Shown here: positions 8,167 through 17,693 of the stretch, piece by piece
Layout of the letters: every line of letters starts with the position of its first letter
How positions within the stretch are numbered: the stretch's first letter is position 1
Assembly (NCBI GenBank): GCA_037130755.1
Contig: JBAXSI010000002.1
Coordinates: 47,621 to 111,620, forward strand
Reading direction: 5' to 3'
Source of the DNA: Actinomycetes bacterium
GTDB taxonomy: Bacteria > Actinomycetota > Actinomycetes > S36-B12
DNA length: 64,000 bases
Program-made: the position numbers and the translations under genes
Notes under the pieces: model-generated
What the model was told of the DNA's origin: nothing
Database searches by the model: none
Seen by the model: only the letters and a program-made list of their open reading frames with translations

Positions 8167-10229
8167 TGACGATGACGACTCCGATTCGTTGCATCCTCGT
8201 CGCGAACCGCGGCGAGATCGCCTGTCGCGTCATGCGGACGGCACGCGCCCTCGGCATCGCCACGGTCGCCGTGCACTCCGACGTCGATGCCGATGCGCCA
8301 TTCGTGCGGCTGGCCGATCGCGCGGTGCACCTGCCGGGCGTGACCAGCGCAGAGACGTACCTCGACGGCGGCCTGGTCATCGAAGCGGCACGAAGGTCTG
8401 GCGCCGACGCGATCCACCCCGGCTACGGCTTCCTCTCGGAGAACCCGGGGTTTGCCCGGGCCGTGCAGGCGTCGGGACTGACATGGATCGGCCCGACTCC
8501 GGAGTCCATCGAGGCGATGGCCCTTAAGGTCGAGGCGAAGCGGATCGCGGAGGCAGCGGGTGTTCCGCTGGTGCCCGGTGCTGAGCTCCCCGCGGGCAGC
8601 ACGGACGAGGCGGCCTTGGCGATCGGCGACGGCGTGGGCTACCCCCTGCTCATCAAGGCGAGCGCCGGCGGCGGCGGCAAGGGCATGCGGGTGGTCACCG
8701 AGCGTGGCGACCTCGTTGAGTCCCTGCAGTCCGCGCGCCGTGAGGCCCGTAGCGCATTTGGCGACGACACGGTCTTCCTCGAGCGGTATCTGACTGGCGC
8801 CCGGCATGTCGAGGTCCAGGTGTTCGGTGACGTGCACGGTGCCGTCCTCCACCTCACTGAGCGGGAGTGCTCGATCCAGCGTCGTCACCAGAAGGTCGTC
8901 GAGGAGGCGCCCTCGCCCGGAGTCACCGATGCCGTGCGCGCCCGCCTGCACGAGTCCGCTGTCGCGCTTGCACGGACGATCGGCTACGTGGGCGCCGGCA
9001 CCGTGGAGTTCATGGTCTTCGGGTCGGGGGAGGAGCAGGAGTACTTCTTCCTGGAGATGAACACGCGGTTGCAGGTCGAGCACCCCGTCACGGAGCTGAT
9101 CACCGGTATCGACCTCGTCGCCTGGCAGATCGCTGTGGCGCAGGGACAGTCGCTGCCCTTGACGCAGGAGCAGGTCGAAGTGAGCGGCCATGCCATCGAG
9201 GTGCGGCTCTACGCCGAGGACCCGGCCAACGACTACCTGCCCGCGACGGGAGTCATTCACCGTTTCGCACCGCAGGAGCGCAGCGGCCTGCGCGTCGACT
9301 CCGGCGTGGTCAACGGCTCTGTCATCACGCCGTTCTACGACCCCATGCTTGCCAAGGTCATCGGCCATGCGCCGACTCGGGACCTGGCCGCATCCGTACT
9401 CGCCGACGGCCTGGCCCGAACGGCGATCCACGGTCCGGCCAACAACCGGGACTCGCTGGTCGCGATCCTCCGGTCGCCGGCCTTCCTCGCCGGTGACACG
9501 ACGACGGCTTTCCTCGACGAGCACCCCGATGTGTCGCGACCGGTGCTCGCGGCCGACGACCAGACCCGTCACGTCGTCGCCGCTGCGGCGGCCATCGCGG
9601 CGCTCGACGCTCCCGATCCGACCGTTCCGCTGGGCTGGCGCAACGTCCCGGGCGTGCCGGAGTTCGTCTCGCTGCGCAGTCGGACCGCAAGTGAGGTCAT
9701 CACGGTCCTGCAGGATGCCGGCGGCATCGTCCGCCTGGCCCGTACCGACGCCTCGCCCTTCGGCAGGGTCTTCGACCTCGACTCGTCCACCGTCGACGAC
9801 GTCGTCGTGCACGTTCGATACTCGACGCGGGACGGCGGGTCCGACATCGTGCATGTGCACGCGCAGGTGGGTGGAGTGGCAGCGGTGTGCATCGTCTCGC
9901 GCTATGGCGACGAGGTGTTCGTCGACGACGGACTCTGCAGTTCCGCGTGGACGATCGAGCCGCGGTTCGTCGACCACTCCACAGACGCCGCCGGGCACGG
10001 CCCCGCCACGAAGGTGCCGGGCACGATCACCGCGGTGCAGGTGGCGGCTGGTGACGCGGTCGTCGAGGGACAGGTGCTCGTCATCCTCGAGGCAATGAAG
10101 ATGGAGCACTCCATCCGCGCCGATGTCGACGGAGTGATCGAGCGGGTGCTCGTCGAGGTGGGTCAGTCGGTCGAGGCGCACACCGTCGTCGTCGAGTTCC
10201 GCGAGGATGGGGAGGCGTCGGATGGCTGA
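8163..10229 (+). CDS. acyl-CoA carboxylase biotin carboxylase/BCCP (alpha) subunit
   Basis: ATP-grasp biotin carboxylase N-terminus ([18 protein letters not shown]) and a C-terminal biotinyl domain with EAMKMEH. ATGA overlap with the beta subunit. Confidence 0.9.
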   Translation: MMTMTTPIRCILVANRGEIACRVMRTARALGIATVAVHSDVDADAPFVRLADRAVHLPGVTSAETYLDGGLVIEAARRSGADAIHPGYGFLSENPGFARAVQASGLTWIGPTPESIEAMALKVEAKRIAEAAGVPLVPGAELPAGSTDEAALAIGDGVGYPLLIKASAGGGGKGMRVVTERGDLVESLQSARREARSAFGDDTVFLERYLTGARHVEVQVFGDVHGAVLHLTERECSIQRRHQKVVEEAPSPGVTDAVRARLHESAVALARTIGYVGAGTVEFMVFGSGEEQEYFFLEMNTRLQVEHPVTELITGIDLVAWQIAVAQGQSLPLTQEQVEVSGHAIEVRLYAEDPANDYLPATGVIHRFAPQERSGLRVDSGVVNGSVITPFYDPMLAKVIGHAPTRDLAASVLADGLARTAIHGPANNRDSLVAILRSPAFLAGDTTTAFLDEHPDVSRPVLAADDQTRHVVAAAAAIAALDAPDPTVPLGWRNVPGVPEFVSLRSRTASEVITVLQDAGGIVRLARTDASPFGRVFDLDSSTVDDVVVHVRYSTRDGGSDIVHVHAQVGGVAAVCIVSRYGDEVFVDDGLCSSAWTIEPRFVDHSTDAAGHGPATKVPGTITAVQVAAGDAVVEGQVLVILEAMKMEHSIRADVDGVIERVLVEVGQSVEAHTVVVEFREDGEASDG

Positions 10230-11649
10230 GCCCATTCGCATCGCCAACTGCAGCGGGTTCTTTGGCGACCGCATCGATGCGGCTCGCGAGATGGTCGAAG
10301 GCGGCCCCATCGACGTCCTCACCGGCGACTGGCTCGCCGAGTTGACGATGCTCATCCTGGCACGCCAGAAGATGAAGCACGGCAACGGTTTTGCTCGCAC
10401 CTTCATGACCCAGATGGAACAGGTCCTGGGCACCTGCCTCGATCGTGGAATCCGCGTCGTCAGCAACGCCGGCGGCCTCGATCCCGAAGGGCTCGGGGCG
10501 GCGGTGCATGAGCTGGCTTCGACACTCGGACTCAGCGTGAGTGTGGGTGTGGTCAGTGGCGACGACATCGCACCTCGGCTCGGCGACCTTGCGTCGACCG
10601 GCGAGGAGTTCATCAACCTCGACACCGGCGAGACCATGGCCGGCGCGGGTGTGCACCCGATCACGGCCAATGCCTACATCGGCGGCGAGCCGATCACCGC
10701 GGCACTCGACGCCGGCGCGCAGATCGTGATCACCGGACGCGTGACCGATGCTGCGCTCGTCATCGGGCCTGCGGCCTGGCGCCACGGCTGGGACTACTCA
10801 GCCGCCCGCGCGGGCGACGCGCAGATGCTCGATGCACTGGCTGGCGCACTCGTGGCCGGGCACGTCATCGAGTGCGGCGCGCAAGCCACTGGCGGCAACT
10901 ACGCGTTCTTCACGCAGGTGCCTGGCCTGGAGCACCCGGGCTTCCCCATTGCGGAGGTCGCTGCCGACGGCAGCAGCGTGATCACCAAGCACGAGGGCAC
11001 GGGCGGCATGGTCACTGTGGGCACCGTCACGGCGCAACTGCTCTACGAGGTCGCCGGGCGTGAGTACTTCAATCCCGACGTCACGGCCCTGTTCGACACG
11101 ATCCACCTCGATCAGGTGGGCCGCGACCGCGTGCTCGTGAGTGGGTCGACCGGCGCTCAACCGCCCGAGCGGCTCAAGGTCGCGATGAACTACCTCGGCG
11201 GTTTCCGCAACACGCTGACCCTCGTGATCACCGGGGGACTGGTCGAGGAGAAGGCCGACCTGGCCCTGCGCGCCTTCGCCGGGGTGACGCTGGCGGATGC
11301 CAGTGCACTCGGCGCGGCAGACCTCGCCGCGAAGTCGTCGCTGGAAGTCGCCGAACTGACTGCTCAGCTCCAGCGCAGCCCGCACACTGACCCGGCCCTG
11401 CCCGCCGACGCGCAATCGTTCCTGCGGATCACGGTCAAGGACCCCAACGACAAGGTGGTGGGCAAGGCCTTCACCGAGCCGCTCATCGAGGCGGCGTTGG
11501 CCTCGTACCCCGGCTACTTCCCGACCACGCCGCCGGGTCCAGCTGCGCCGTACGGCGTCTATTGGCCCACCACGGTGTCGCGCGACGCGGTTACGGCGAT
11601 TGCCACGGTCGACGGCGAGCAGGTCTGGTCAGGCGGTGCGTCGTCGTGA
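10222..11649 (+). CDS. AtuA-family (DUF1446) acyclic-terpene-utilisation protein, N-terminal module
   Basis: IRIANCSGFFGDRIDAAREMVEGGPIDVLTGDWLAELTM is the typical AtuA N-terminus. Start ATG 10222 overlaps the end of the alpha subunit. Confidence 0.8.
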   Translation: MAEPIRIANCSGFFGDRIDAAREMVEGGPIDVLTGDWLAELTMLILARQKMKHGNGFARTFMTQMEQVLGTCLDRGIRVVSNAGGLDPEGLGAAVHELASTLGLSVSVGVVSGDDIAPRLGDLASTGEEFINLDTGETMAGAGVHPITANAYIGGEPITAALDAGAQIVITGRVTDAALVIGPAAWRHGWDYSAARAGDAQMLDALAGALVAGHVIECGAQATGGNYAFFTQVPGLEHPGFPIAEVAADGSSVITKHEGTGGMVTVGTVTAQLLYEVAGREYFNPDVTALFDTIHLDQVGRDRVLVSGSTGAQPPERLKVAMNYLGGFRNTLTLVITGGLVEEKADLALRAFAGVTLADASALGAADLAAKSSLEVAELTAQLQRSPHTDPALPADAQSFLRITVKDPNDKVVGKAFTEPLIEAALASYPGYFPTTPPGPAAPYGVYWPTTVSRDAVTAIATVDGEQVWSGGASS

Positions 11650-12101
11650 ACGAGGCAGTCGTGGCACGCCCGCTGGGGACGTTCGTCGGGGCCCGTAGCG
11701 GCGACAAGGGCGGCAACGCCAACGTCGGCCTGTGGATCGTCGACCCAGTTGAGAGCGCGGCCGTCACCTTGGCGCACGGTGGGGTCGCCGCGCTCGAGCC
11801 GGACGCGTCCGCGGTCGCCCTCGCCGATGCGAGGTATGCGTGGCTGCTGACCGTCGTCACTGTCGACGGGATCCGACGTCAGCTGCCCGAGTGCGCCGAC
11901 CTCGAGGTCGATGTTCATCCCTTCCCGAACCTGCGCGCCGTCAACGTCGTGATCCACGGGGTCCTGGGGCGTGGCGTCGCCGAGTCGTCGCGCGTTGATC
12001 CTCAGGCGAAGGGCCTCGGCGAGCATGTCCGTTCGCGACTGGTCGAGATGCCAGCGCGCCTTCTTAGCCCCCTGCTCCCGGAGGACGGTGAGCAGTCGTG
12101 A
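11646..12101 (+). CDS. AtuA C-terminal-domain protein encoded as a separate ORF
   Basis: LGTFVGARSGDKGGNANVGLW resembles the C-terminal part of single-chain AtuA. GTGA overlap with the preceding ORF. Confidence 0.65.
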   Translation: MNEAVVARPLGTFVGARSGDKGGNANVGLWIVDPVESAAVTLAHGGVAALEPDASAVALADARYAWLLTVVTVDGIRRQLPECADLEVDVHPFPNLRAVNVVIHGVLGRGVAESSRVDPQAKGLGEHVRSRLVEMPARLLSPLLPEDGEQS

Positions 12102-12739
12102 CCGCTGAACTGGCGTCGGCCTCCCGTGAGCCGCTCTCCGAGCGCGGCCGGCGCACGCGCGAGCGACTCGTTGCAGCGGCGCGCGCCGTGTTCGAGGAGC
12201 GCGGCTTCGACGCGACGCGAATGAGCGACATTGCGGCAGCTGCGGGCGTCAGCCACGGAACCGTCTACACGTGGTTCCCGACGAAGGAGGACGTGCTGCA
12301 CGCGGCGGTCGACTCGGTGACCGAGGAGATGTACAGCGTCCTCAGCACGCCGGACATCACCGACCCCATCGAGCGGATCTCTGTTGCCAATGCCCGCTAC
12401 CTCGAGGTGCATCGCCAGACCGCACGCCTGATGGAGGTCGTCGCCCAGGCCGCGGTGAACGATGCGTCGTTCCGTGCCGTTCTCACCGACCTCCGACGCA
12501 CGCACGTAGACCGGGTGGCCAAGACCATCGAGAAGCTGCAGAAGGACGGGCACGCTGCCCGCAGCCTCGATCCGCGGATCGCCGCCGCCGCGCTGTGCGC
12601 GATGGTCGAGGGCTTCGCCCGCCACTGGATGGGCGGTCAGGGCGAGCTCGGCCCGGTTGCCCCTGAAGCCCCCGTTGTCCGAACGCTGACCGAACTATGG
12701 GCCCGATCCCTCGGGCTCATCGAACCTGGAGGTAACTGA
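12098..12739 (+). CDS. TetR family regulator embedded in the operon (AtuR-like)
   Basis: HTH RTRERLVAAARAVFEERGFDATRMSDIAAAAGVSHGTVYTWF. GTGA overlap upstream and ATGA-type overlap downstream. Confidence 0.85.
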   Translation: MTAELASASREPLSERGRRTRERLVAAARAVFEERGFDATRMSDIAAAAGVSHGTVYTWFPTKEDVLHAAVDSVTEEMYSVLSTPDITDPIERISVANARYLEVHRQTARLMEVVAQAAVNDASFRAVLTDLRRTHVDRVAKTIEKLQKDGHAARSLDPRIAAAALCAMVEGFARHWMGGQGELGPVAPEAPVVRTLTELWARSLGLIEPGGN

Positions 12740-13887
12740 TGCTGTTCACGGCCGAGCATGAGCAGTTCCGCAAGTCCGTGCGCAAGCTGGTCGAGGAGGA
12801 GATCAACCCGTACGCCGACGAGTGGGAGGCAGCGGAGATCTTCCCGGCGCACGAACTGTTTCCCAAGATAGGTGCCATCGGTGGATTCGGGCTCGAGTAC
12901 GACACCGAGTTCGGCGGCGGCGGCGCTGATCACTCCTTCACCCTCGTGCTTGCCGAGGAGCTCGGCCGTGCCGACGTGGGCGGCGTGCCGATGGCGATCG
13001 CAGTGCAGGCGGGCATGGCCACGCCGGCGCTCGCGCGCTTCGGCTCCGATGAGCTGAAGCGTCAGTTCCTGGAGCCGACCCTGGCCGGCGAGATGGTCTG
13101 CTCCATCGCGGTGAGCGAGCCAGGAGCTGGCTCGGACGTCGCGGGCATCACCACGCGGGCCCGACTCGACGGCGACGACTGGGTGATCAACGGTCGCAAG
13201 ATGTGGATCACGTCCGGCACGCAGTCCGACTGGGTGTGCCTGCTCGCGCGAACGTCCGACGAGGGCGGCTACCACGGCATGAGCATGATCATCGTGCCGA
13301 CGGACACGCCTGGGTTCAGTGTTGGCCGCAAGCTGAAGAAGATGGGCAACAACTCGTCGGACACTGCCGAGCTCGTCCTCGACGACGTTCGCGTTCCCGT
13401 GCGGTACACCATCGGCGAGGAGGGCCGCGGCTTCCAGATGCAGATGGCGCAGTTCCAGGACGAGCGCCTGTGGATCTGTTACATGGCCGTCACCGGTGCG
13501 CGGCGTGCCATCGACCGCACGATGGAGTACCTGCACATGCGCGAGGCGTTCGGCAAGCCGCTGATGGCCAACCAGTACATCCAGTACACGCTTGCTGAGT
13601 TGATCGCCGACATCGATGTGCTGCAGGGGTTCCTCCACCACACCGCCGAGCGGTACGTCGCAGGCGAGGACGTCACGCGCGCGGCGACGGTAGCGAAATT
13701 GCAGGCGGGCCGACTCAGCCGCCGGGTCGCCGACGCGTGCGTGCAGTTCCACGGCGGCATGGGCTATGCCGAGGAGCTGTGGGTGGCGCGCTACTTCCGC
13801 GACTGTCGGCTTGGCAGCATCGGCGGCGGCGCCGACGAGGTGATGCTGCGCATCATCACCGCGCTCGAGGGCATGGGCAAGCGGTGA
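12739..13887 (+). CDS. acyl-CoA dehydrogenase
   Basis: 382-aa ACAD fold, with C-terminal catalytic region QFHGGMGYAEE and GGGADEVM. Confidence 0.9.
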   Translation: MLFTAEHEQFRKSVRKLVEEEINPYADEWEAAEIFPAHELFPKIGAIGGFGLEYDTEFGGGGADHSFTLVLAEELGRADVGGVPMAIAVQAGMATPALARFGSDELKRQFLEPTLAGEMVCSIAVSEPGAGSDVAGITTRARLDGDDWVINGRKMWITSGTQSDWVCLLARTSDEGGYHGMSMIIVPTDTPGFSVGRKLKKMGNNSSDTAELVLDDVRVPVRYTIGEEGRGFQMQMAQFQDERLWICYMAVTGARRAIDRTMEYLHMREAFGKPLMANQYIQYTLAELIADIDVLQGFLHHTAERYVAGEDVTRAATVAKLQAGRLSRRVADACVQFHGGMGYAEELWVARYFRDCRLGSIGGGADEVMLRIITALEGMGKR

Positions 13888-14669
13888 CGTCGCAGGCGGC
13901 AGCGCTGTACGACGTCAGTGCCGGCGTGGCCACGATCACGCTGAACCGGCCCGAGGCTCGCAACCGGCTTGATGCCGAGGCGGTGGCGCTGCTCGTCCAG
14001 CACTTCGACGCGGCAGCGCAGGACCCGGGAGTGCGAGTAGTCGTGCTCACGGGCTCGGGCTCGACATTCTGCGCGGGCGCCGACCTTGCGGCTGCCGCGG
14101 CCGGCGACGAGGCCGGCTTCGCCGGTTCCGGACCTCAGGCGATGGTGCGCCTGCTGACAACGATGCTCGACCACCCAAAGCCGATTGTCGCCAAGGTGCA
14201 AGGGCACGTCGCCGGTGGTGGCAACGGACTGGTCGCCGCGTGCGACATCGCCGTCGCGTCGAGCGACGCGCTCTTCGCCTTCAGCGAGGTCCGGGTTGGT
14301 GTCGCCCCCGCGGTGATCTCCGTCGCGTGCTTGGCGGTGATGGGTCGACGCGATGCGCAGGAGTTGTTCCTGACCGGCGAGCGGGTCGACGCCCAACGGG
14401 TCCGCGAGGCTGGGCTCGTCACGCGAATCGCTCCGCCCGACGCGCTCGACGCGGTCGTGGCCGGGTATGCGGCGCTGCTGATGGCTGGTGGGCCTGAGGC
14501 GCTGGCGAAGGCCAAGAGGCTGATCCGCCGGGTCCCCGGACTGTCGCGTGACGAGGCGTTCGCCGAGACGGCGGAACTGTCGGCGAGCCTGTTCTCCTCC
14601 GCGGAGGCTCACGAGGGGATGACGGCATACCTGGAGAAGCGCCCGCCGTCGTGGACGGCCTCAGCCTGA
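13884..14669 (+). CDS. enoyl-CoA hydratase/isomerase family protein
   Basis: ITLNRPEARNRL, FCAGADL and GGGNGLVAACD crotonase motifs. GTG 13884 overlaps the ACAD stop (GTGA). ORF-track start 13737 rejected. Confidence 0.9.
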   Translation: MTSQAAALYDVSAGVATITLNRPEARNRLDAEAVALLVQHFDAAAQDPGVRVVVLTGSGSTFCAGADLAAAAAGDEAGFAGSGPQAMVRLLTTMLDHPKPIVAKVQGHVAGGGNGLVAACDIAVASSDALFAFSEVRVGVAPAVISVACLAVMGRRDAQELFLTGERVDAQRVREAGLVTRIAPPDALDAVVAGYAALLMAGGPEALAKAKRLIRRVPGLSRDEAFAETAELSASLFSSAEAHEGMTAYLEKRPPSWTASA

Positions 14670-15227
14670 CGTCGTCGGTGTCGCCTCGGCCAGTAGCCCC
14701 AGGTGGTCGAGAACCCGGTAGGCAACGCCCTGATCGGTGAGCTCGCCGCTGCGGACCAGTGCGATGAAGGTCGGCGTGTCAACGACCAGCACCTTGCCGA
14801 ACTCGTCACGGTCGAACTCCGGGTCGGCCACCTTCGTGCAGCCGATCGCGAGGGCGACGAACCGCTCGACGGTGGAGTTCGCGGTCATCCAGTTGCTGCC
14901 GATGACCTCGATGCTCGACGCCCGATAGCCGGTCTCCTCCAGAAGTTCACGAGCGGCCGTCTCCTCGATGCTCTCGCCGTCGCGTCCGTAGCCGCCGGGA
15001 AGCTCGTCGAGAACCTTCATCGGGCCTGGGCGGAACTGGCGCACCAGGAGGAAGTCCCCCGAGGGGACGCGTGCCACGACAGCGACGGTCCGGGAGCCCT
15101 TGACGACGTCCCACTCGGACACCTCGCCGTCGGGCATCTGGAACGTGCGGCGCTTGACGGTGACCCAACTGGAGTAGGCAGGGTCCTCCGAGAGAAGCTG
15201 CCACTCCTCGTCGGCCTGCGGGTCCAT
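14661..15227 (-). CDS. NUDIX hydrolase
   Basis: Nudix box GGYGRDGESIEETAARELLEETGY. Confidence 0.85.
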   Translation of the reverse strand: MDPQADEEWQLLSEDPAYSSWVTVKRRTFQMPDGEVSEWDVVKGSRTVAVVARVPSGDFLLVRQFRPGPMKVLDELPGGYGRDGESIEETAARELLEETGYRASSIEVIGSNWMTANSTVERFVALAIGCTKVADPEFDRDEFGKVLVVDTPTFIALVRSGELTDQGVAYRVLDHLGLLAEATPTTSG

Positions 15228-15256
15228 GGACGCTCATAGTAGAGCGGGCGACCGGC

Positions 15257-15496
15257 GTGTTGCCGGATGACCGCGAGGTGGATGATGAGCAGGTGACCTC
15301 GCAGACCGCGCGCCGCCCTGTATGGCGGGTCGATGCAGCGTGCCCCCTGCGGCTAGGCCAGCCCTGCAACCTGTGCCACCCCGAGGCGCATCTTGGTCCG
15401 CAGGACTGCCCCACGGTGGCTCTCGTCATGGAGGACGATCTCCTGCGGGCCGAACTGGTCAGGCGCCGGTCAGCCGAGGCGAACGGCTCGGCCTAG
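15257..15496 (+). CDS. small Cys-rich hypothetical protein
   Basis: CPLRLGQPCNLCHPEAHLGPQDCPTVALVMEDD resembles a small conserved actinobacterial Cys4 protein. Start uncertain; the 3' end overlaps the convergent gene by 27 nt. Confidence 0.35.
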   Translation: MLPDDREVDDEQVTSQTARRPVWRVDAACPLRLGQPCNLCHPEAHLGPQDCPTVALVMEDDLLRAELVRRRSAEANGSA

Positions 15497-16576
15497 GTAC
15501 TGGCCGAACGCATCGAACGCGGTAGAAGCCCGCGCCATGTGCTGTGGGCTGAGTGGCCGGAACGGCACGAACTCGATGACGACCTCGGTGCGCTTGATGC
15601 TTCGCGTCCACGTCCCGACGGCCCGACCGTCGATGCACAGCGTGGGGCGGAAGACACCGTTGCCGCCCGGGACGACCTGTTCGAAGTCGTCCGGGCCGAG
15701 CTGCACGCTGCGGTCCTTGTAGCCCAGGATGAATTCGTCGAAGCCGGGCAGGGCCACGGCAGCCGACCGAGTTCGGCCGATGCCGTCCATCCTCTCGTCG
15801 AGCTCCTTCGTCAGCCACACCTCACCGCCGCGGAACGAACCTGGCACCAGCCGACCGACGTTGGACGCGACGCCGGCCTTCACGTCCGTGAGCGTGAGCC
15901 CCGACCAGCCCGCGAAGTCCCGCATGTTAGCTGGACCGTGGCTGCGGAAGAACCGGAAGGTGAGCTCGGTGAGCGCCTCCGATCTTTCGAATCGCACCTG
16001 ACTTGGCGCCCAGGTGTCGATGAGGGCGAACGTCTGCTCGCTGCCCTGATTCGGCCCCAGGCAGATGACGCCCGTCTGTGCGGCGTATCCGAGCAGGTGG
16101 TAGCCACGTTGTCCGTCGGTGGCGATGCCCGCCTGCTGCAGTGCTGCCAGGCAGTCGGTGCGAGTCAGGCGGTCCGTCTCGCGCAGCGCCGCCTCGAGAA
16201 CTGCTGAACCTCGCTCCGCCTCAGAAACGTCCAGGCCGAGCTGCCGGCGTCGGGCGACAGAGGCGTTCAGCGCCCTGATGCCGGTCAGCTCCAGCATCCA
16301 TCGGACATCACGTGCGGGGACGATGTGGATGGTTCCGCGCATGGGCCACGTACGGACGACCTCAGCCCGTTCGAACGCCTCATCGACATCCGTCTCCTGA
16401 GCGCCGGCCAGCCGGACGCCGAGTGACCACTTGCCGCTCGCGGCGTCCTGAGCCTGCATGGCGCCGAACCACGTCGCGATCTGATCGAACGATGAGGGCT
16501 GATACCCGGCGAGCAGCAGGCTGTGCAGACGTGCTCGGGCAACGGCTGACTCCGACAGTTCGCGCACGGGTTGCAT
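15470..16576 (-). CDS. winged-helix DNA-binding protein of the YcaQ/AlkZ (HTH_42) DNA-glycosylase family
   Basis: FGAMQAQDAASGKWSLGVR, VVRTWPMRGTIHIVPARDVRWML and GWSGLTLTD are typical of this family. Confidence 0.75.
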   Translation of the reverse strand: MQPVRELSESAVARARLHSLLLAGYQPSSFDQIATWFGAMQAQDAASGKWSLGVRLAGAQETDVDEAFERAEVVRTWPMRGTIHIVPARDVRWMLELTGIRALNASVARRRQLGLDVSEAERGSAVLEAALRETDRLTRTDCLAALQQAGIATDGQRGYHLLGYAAQTGVICLGPNQGSEQTFALIDTWAPSQVRFERSEALTELTFRFFRSHGPANMRDFAGWSGLTLTDVKAGVASNVGRLVPGSFRGGEVWLTKELDERMDGIGRTRSAAVALPGFDEFILGYKDRSVQLGPDDFEQVVPGGNGVFRPTLCIDGRAVGTWTRSIKRTEVVIEFVPFRPLSPQHMARASTAFDAFGQYLGRAVRLG

Positions 16577-16587
16577 CTTGCCCTGTG

Positions 16588-16617
16588 GACGTCACTAGGG
16601 TCGACGCGTGACGTCAC
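16588..16617. promoter_or_regulatory. inverted repeat GACGTCAC-N12-GTGACGTC (second copy is the 10-bp palindrome GTGACGTCAC) in a divergent promoter region
   Basis: Read directly between the starts at 16576 (-) and 16644 (+). Confidence 0.4.
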
Positions 16618-16643
16618 AGCGGGCAATCGGGCGCTGACGCGCG

Positions 16644-17321
16644 ATGCATGCGGCCGAGCTCCTTATGCGGGTCCTGCCCCTCGCCATCGCGGCTGCCTTC
16701 ACGCCTACGCTGCTCGCACTCCAGCTGCTGGTGGTGGCCGGGGAGTCGTGGGTACGACGTTCGATCGCGGTCGCGGTAGCGAACGCCGTGGCCTTCGCGA
16801 TCGTCATCACCATCGTGCTGGCCGGGCTGGCGCAGTTGCCGGATCAGGGGACCGGGCACCTTGGCCCGATCGATCGCTGGATCCGCGGAGTCTGCGGAGC
16901 CCTGCTCCTGCTGGCATGCGTGTTCTTCCTGTGGCCGCATCCGGAGATGAGCAGGAGGGCGCAGGCATCACTCGAGCGGCGCGCGAAGAACGCCTCGATC
17001 TGGGTGTTCTTCGGGCTGGCGTTCTACTTCAGCATCACGGACCTGTCGTCATTCATCGTCCTCATCCCCGCGCTGCACGAGGTGACGGTGTCGACGCTCG
17101 CGATCGAGTTCAAGGCCGTCGTCGTGCTGATCGTCCTCGCCGTGGCCCTCTCGACCACCTGGCTGCCCCCGACGGCACGTGCGGTGCTCGGAAGACGGAT
17201 CACGCCGTTCCTCGACCGCCTCTACCAGTTCGTGATGACCTACCAGTTCCAGATCGTCGGCACCGTGTGCCTGATCTTCGGTATCTACCTGCTGGCCACC
17301 GGGCTCACCGGCGGGGGATAG
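16644..17321 (+). CDS. GAP-family-like integral membrane protein
   Basis: 225 aa with about 6 TM helices. N-terminus LLMRVLPLAIAAAFTPTLLALQLLVV. Confidence 0.6.
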   Translation: MHAAELLMRVLPLAIAAAFTPTLLALQLLVVAGESWVRRSIAVAVANAVAFAIVITIVLAGLAQLPDQGTGHLGPIDRWIRGVCGALLLLACVFFLWPHPEMSRRAQASLERRAKNASIWVFFGLAFYFSITDLSSFIVLIPALHEVTVSTLAIEFKAVVVLIVLAVALSTTWLPPTARAVLGRRITPFLDRLYQFVMTYQFQIVGTVCLIFGIYLLATGLTGGG

Positions 17322-17374
17322 CGCTTCGCCCAATCGGGCTGACGGGTGGCCCGAAGTGCCTTACATTCGACCGC

Positions 17375-17665
17375 ATGTGCTGCTTCGTTCTTGTGCTCGG
17401 GTTCCTCGGCCCTCGGCTTGCCTTCCTGTTTGTGTGGCTGTTCAACAGTGCGCGCATCACCGTCGCCTTCGGCGGGAGCTTCTGGTGGCCCCTGCTGGGC
17501 CTGCTGTTCCTCCCCTGGACGGCGCTGGCCTGGGTGGCCGCGTACGCCGCCGTGGGTGGAGTGACCGGGATCGGCTGGGTCGTCGTCGCCTTCGGGTTCC
17601 TGCTCGACATCGCCAGCTACAGCGGTCGCCTCGCCCAGAGCCGCTACGAGACCCGAGCGGCCTGA
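17375..17665 (+). CDS. small (96 aa) membrane protein
   Basis: ATG 17375. Three hydrophobic helices (FVLVLGFLGPRLAFLFVWLF, WWPLLGLLFLPWTALAWVAA, GIGWVVVAFGFLL). It is the only plausible part of ORF 16571-17665. Confidence 0.5.
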   Translation: MCCFVLVLGFLGPRLAFLFVWLFNSARITVAFGGSFWWPLLGLLFLPWTALAWVAAYAAVGGVTGIGWVVVAFGFLLDIASYSGRLAQSRYETRAA

Positions 17666-17693
17666 TCGCCTCATCACGTTGCCTGGAGGAACC

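Noticed and set aside
7839-10670. 943-aa minus-strand ORF, the longest ORF in the window
   Set aside because: It lies entirely antisense to the two carboxylase subunit genes, which have unmistakable family motifs. Its translation is Arg/Gly/Pro/Ala-rich low complexity, typical of antisense frames in high-GC DNA.
16571-17374. Upstream part of the 364-aa ORF 16571-17665
   Set aside because: It is out of frame across the GAP-family membrane gene and Arg/Gly-rich. Only the terminal 96-aa hydrophobic segment from ATG 17375 looks coding.
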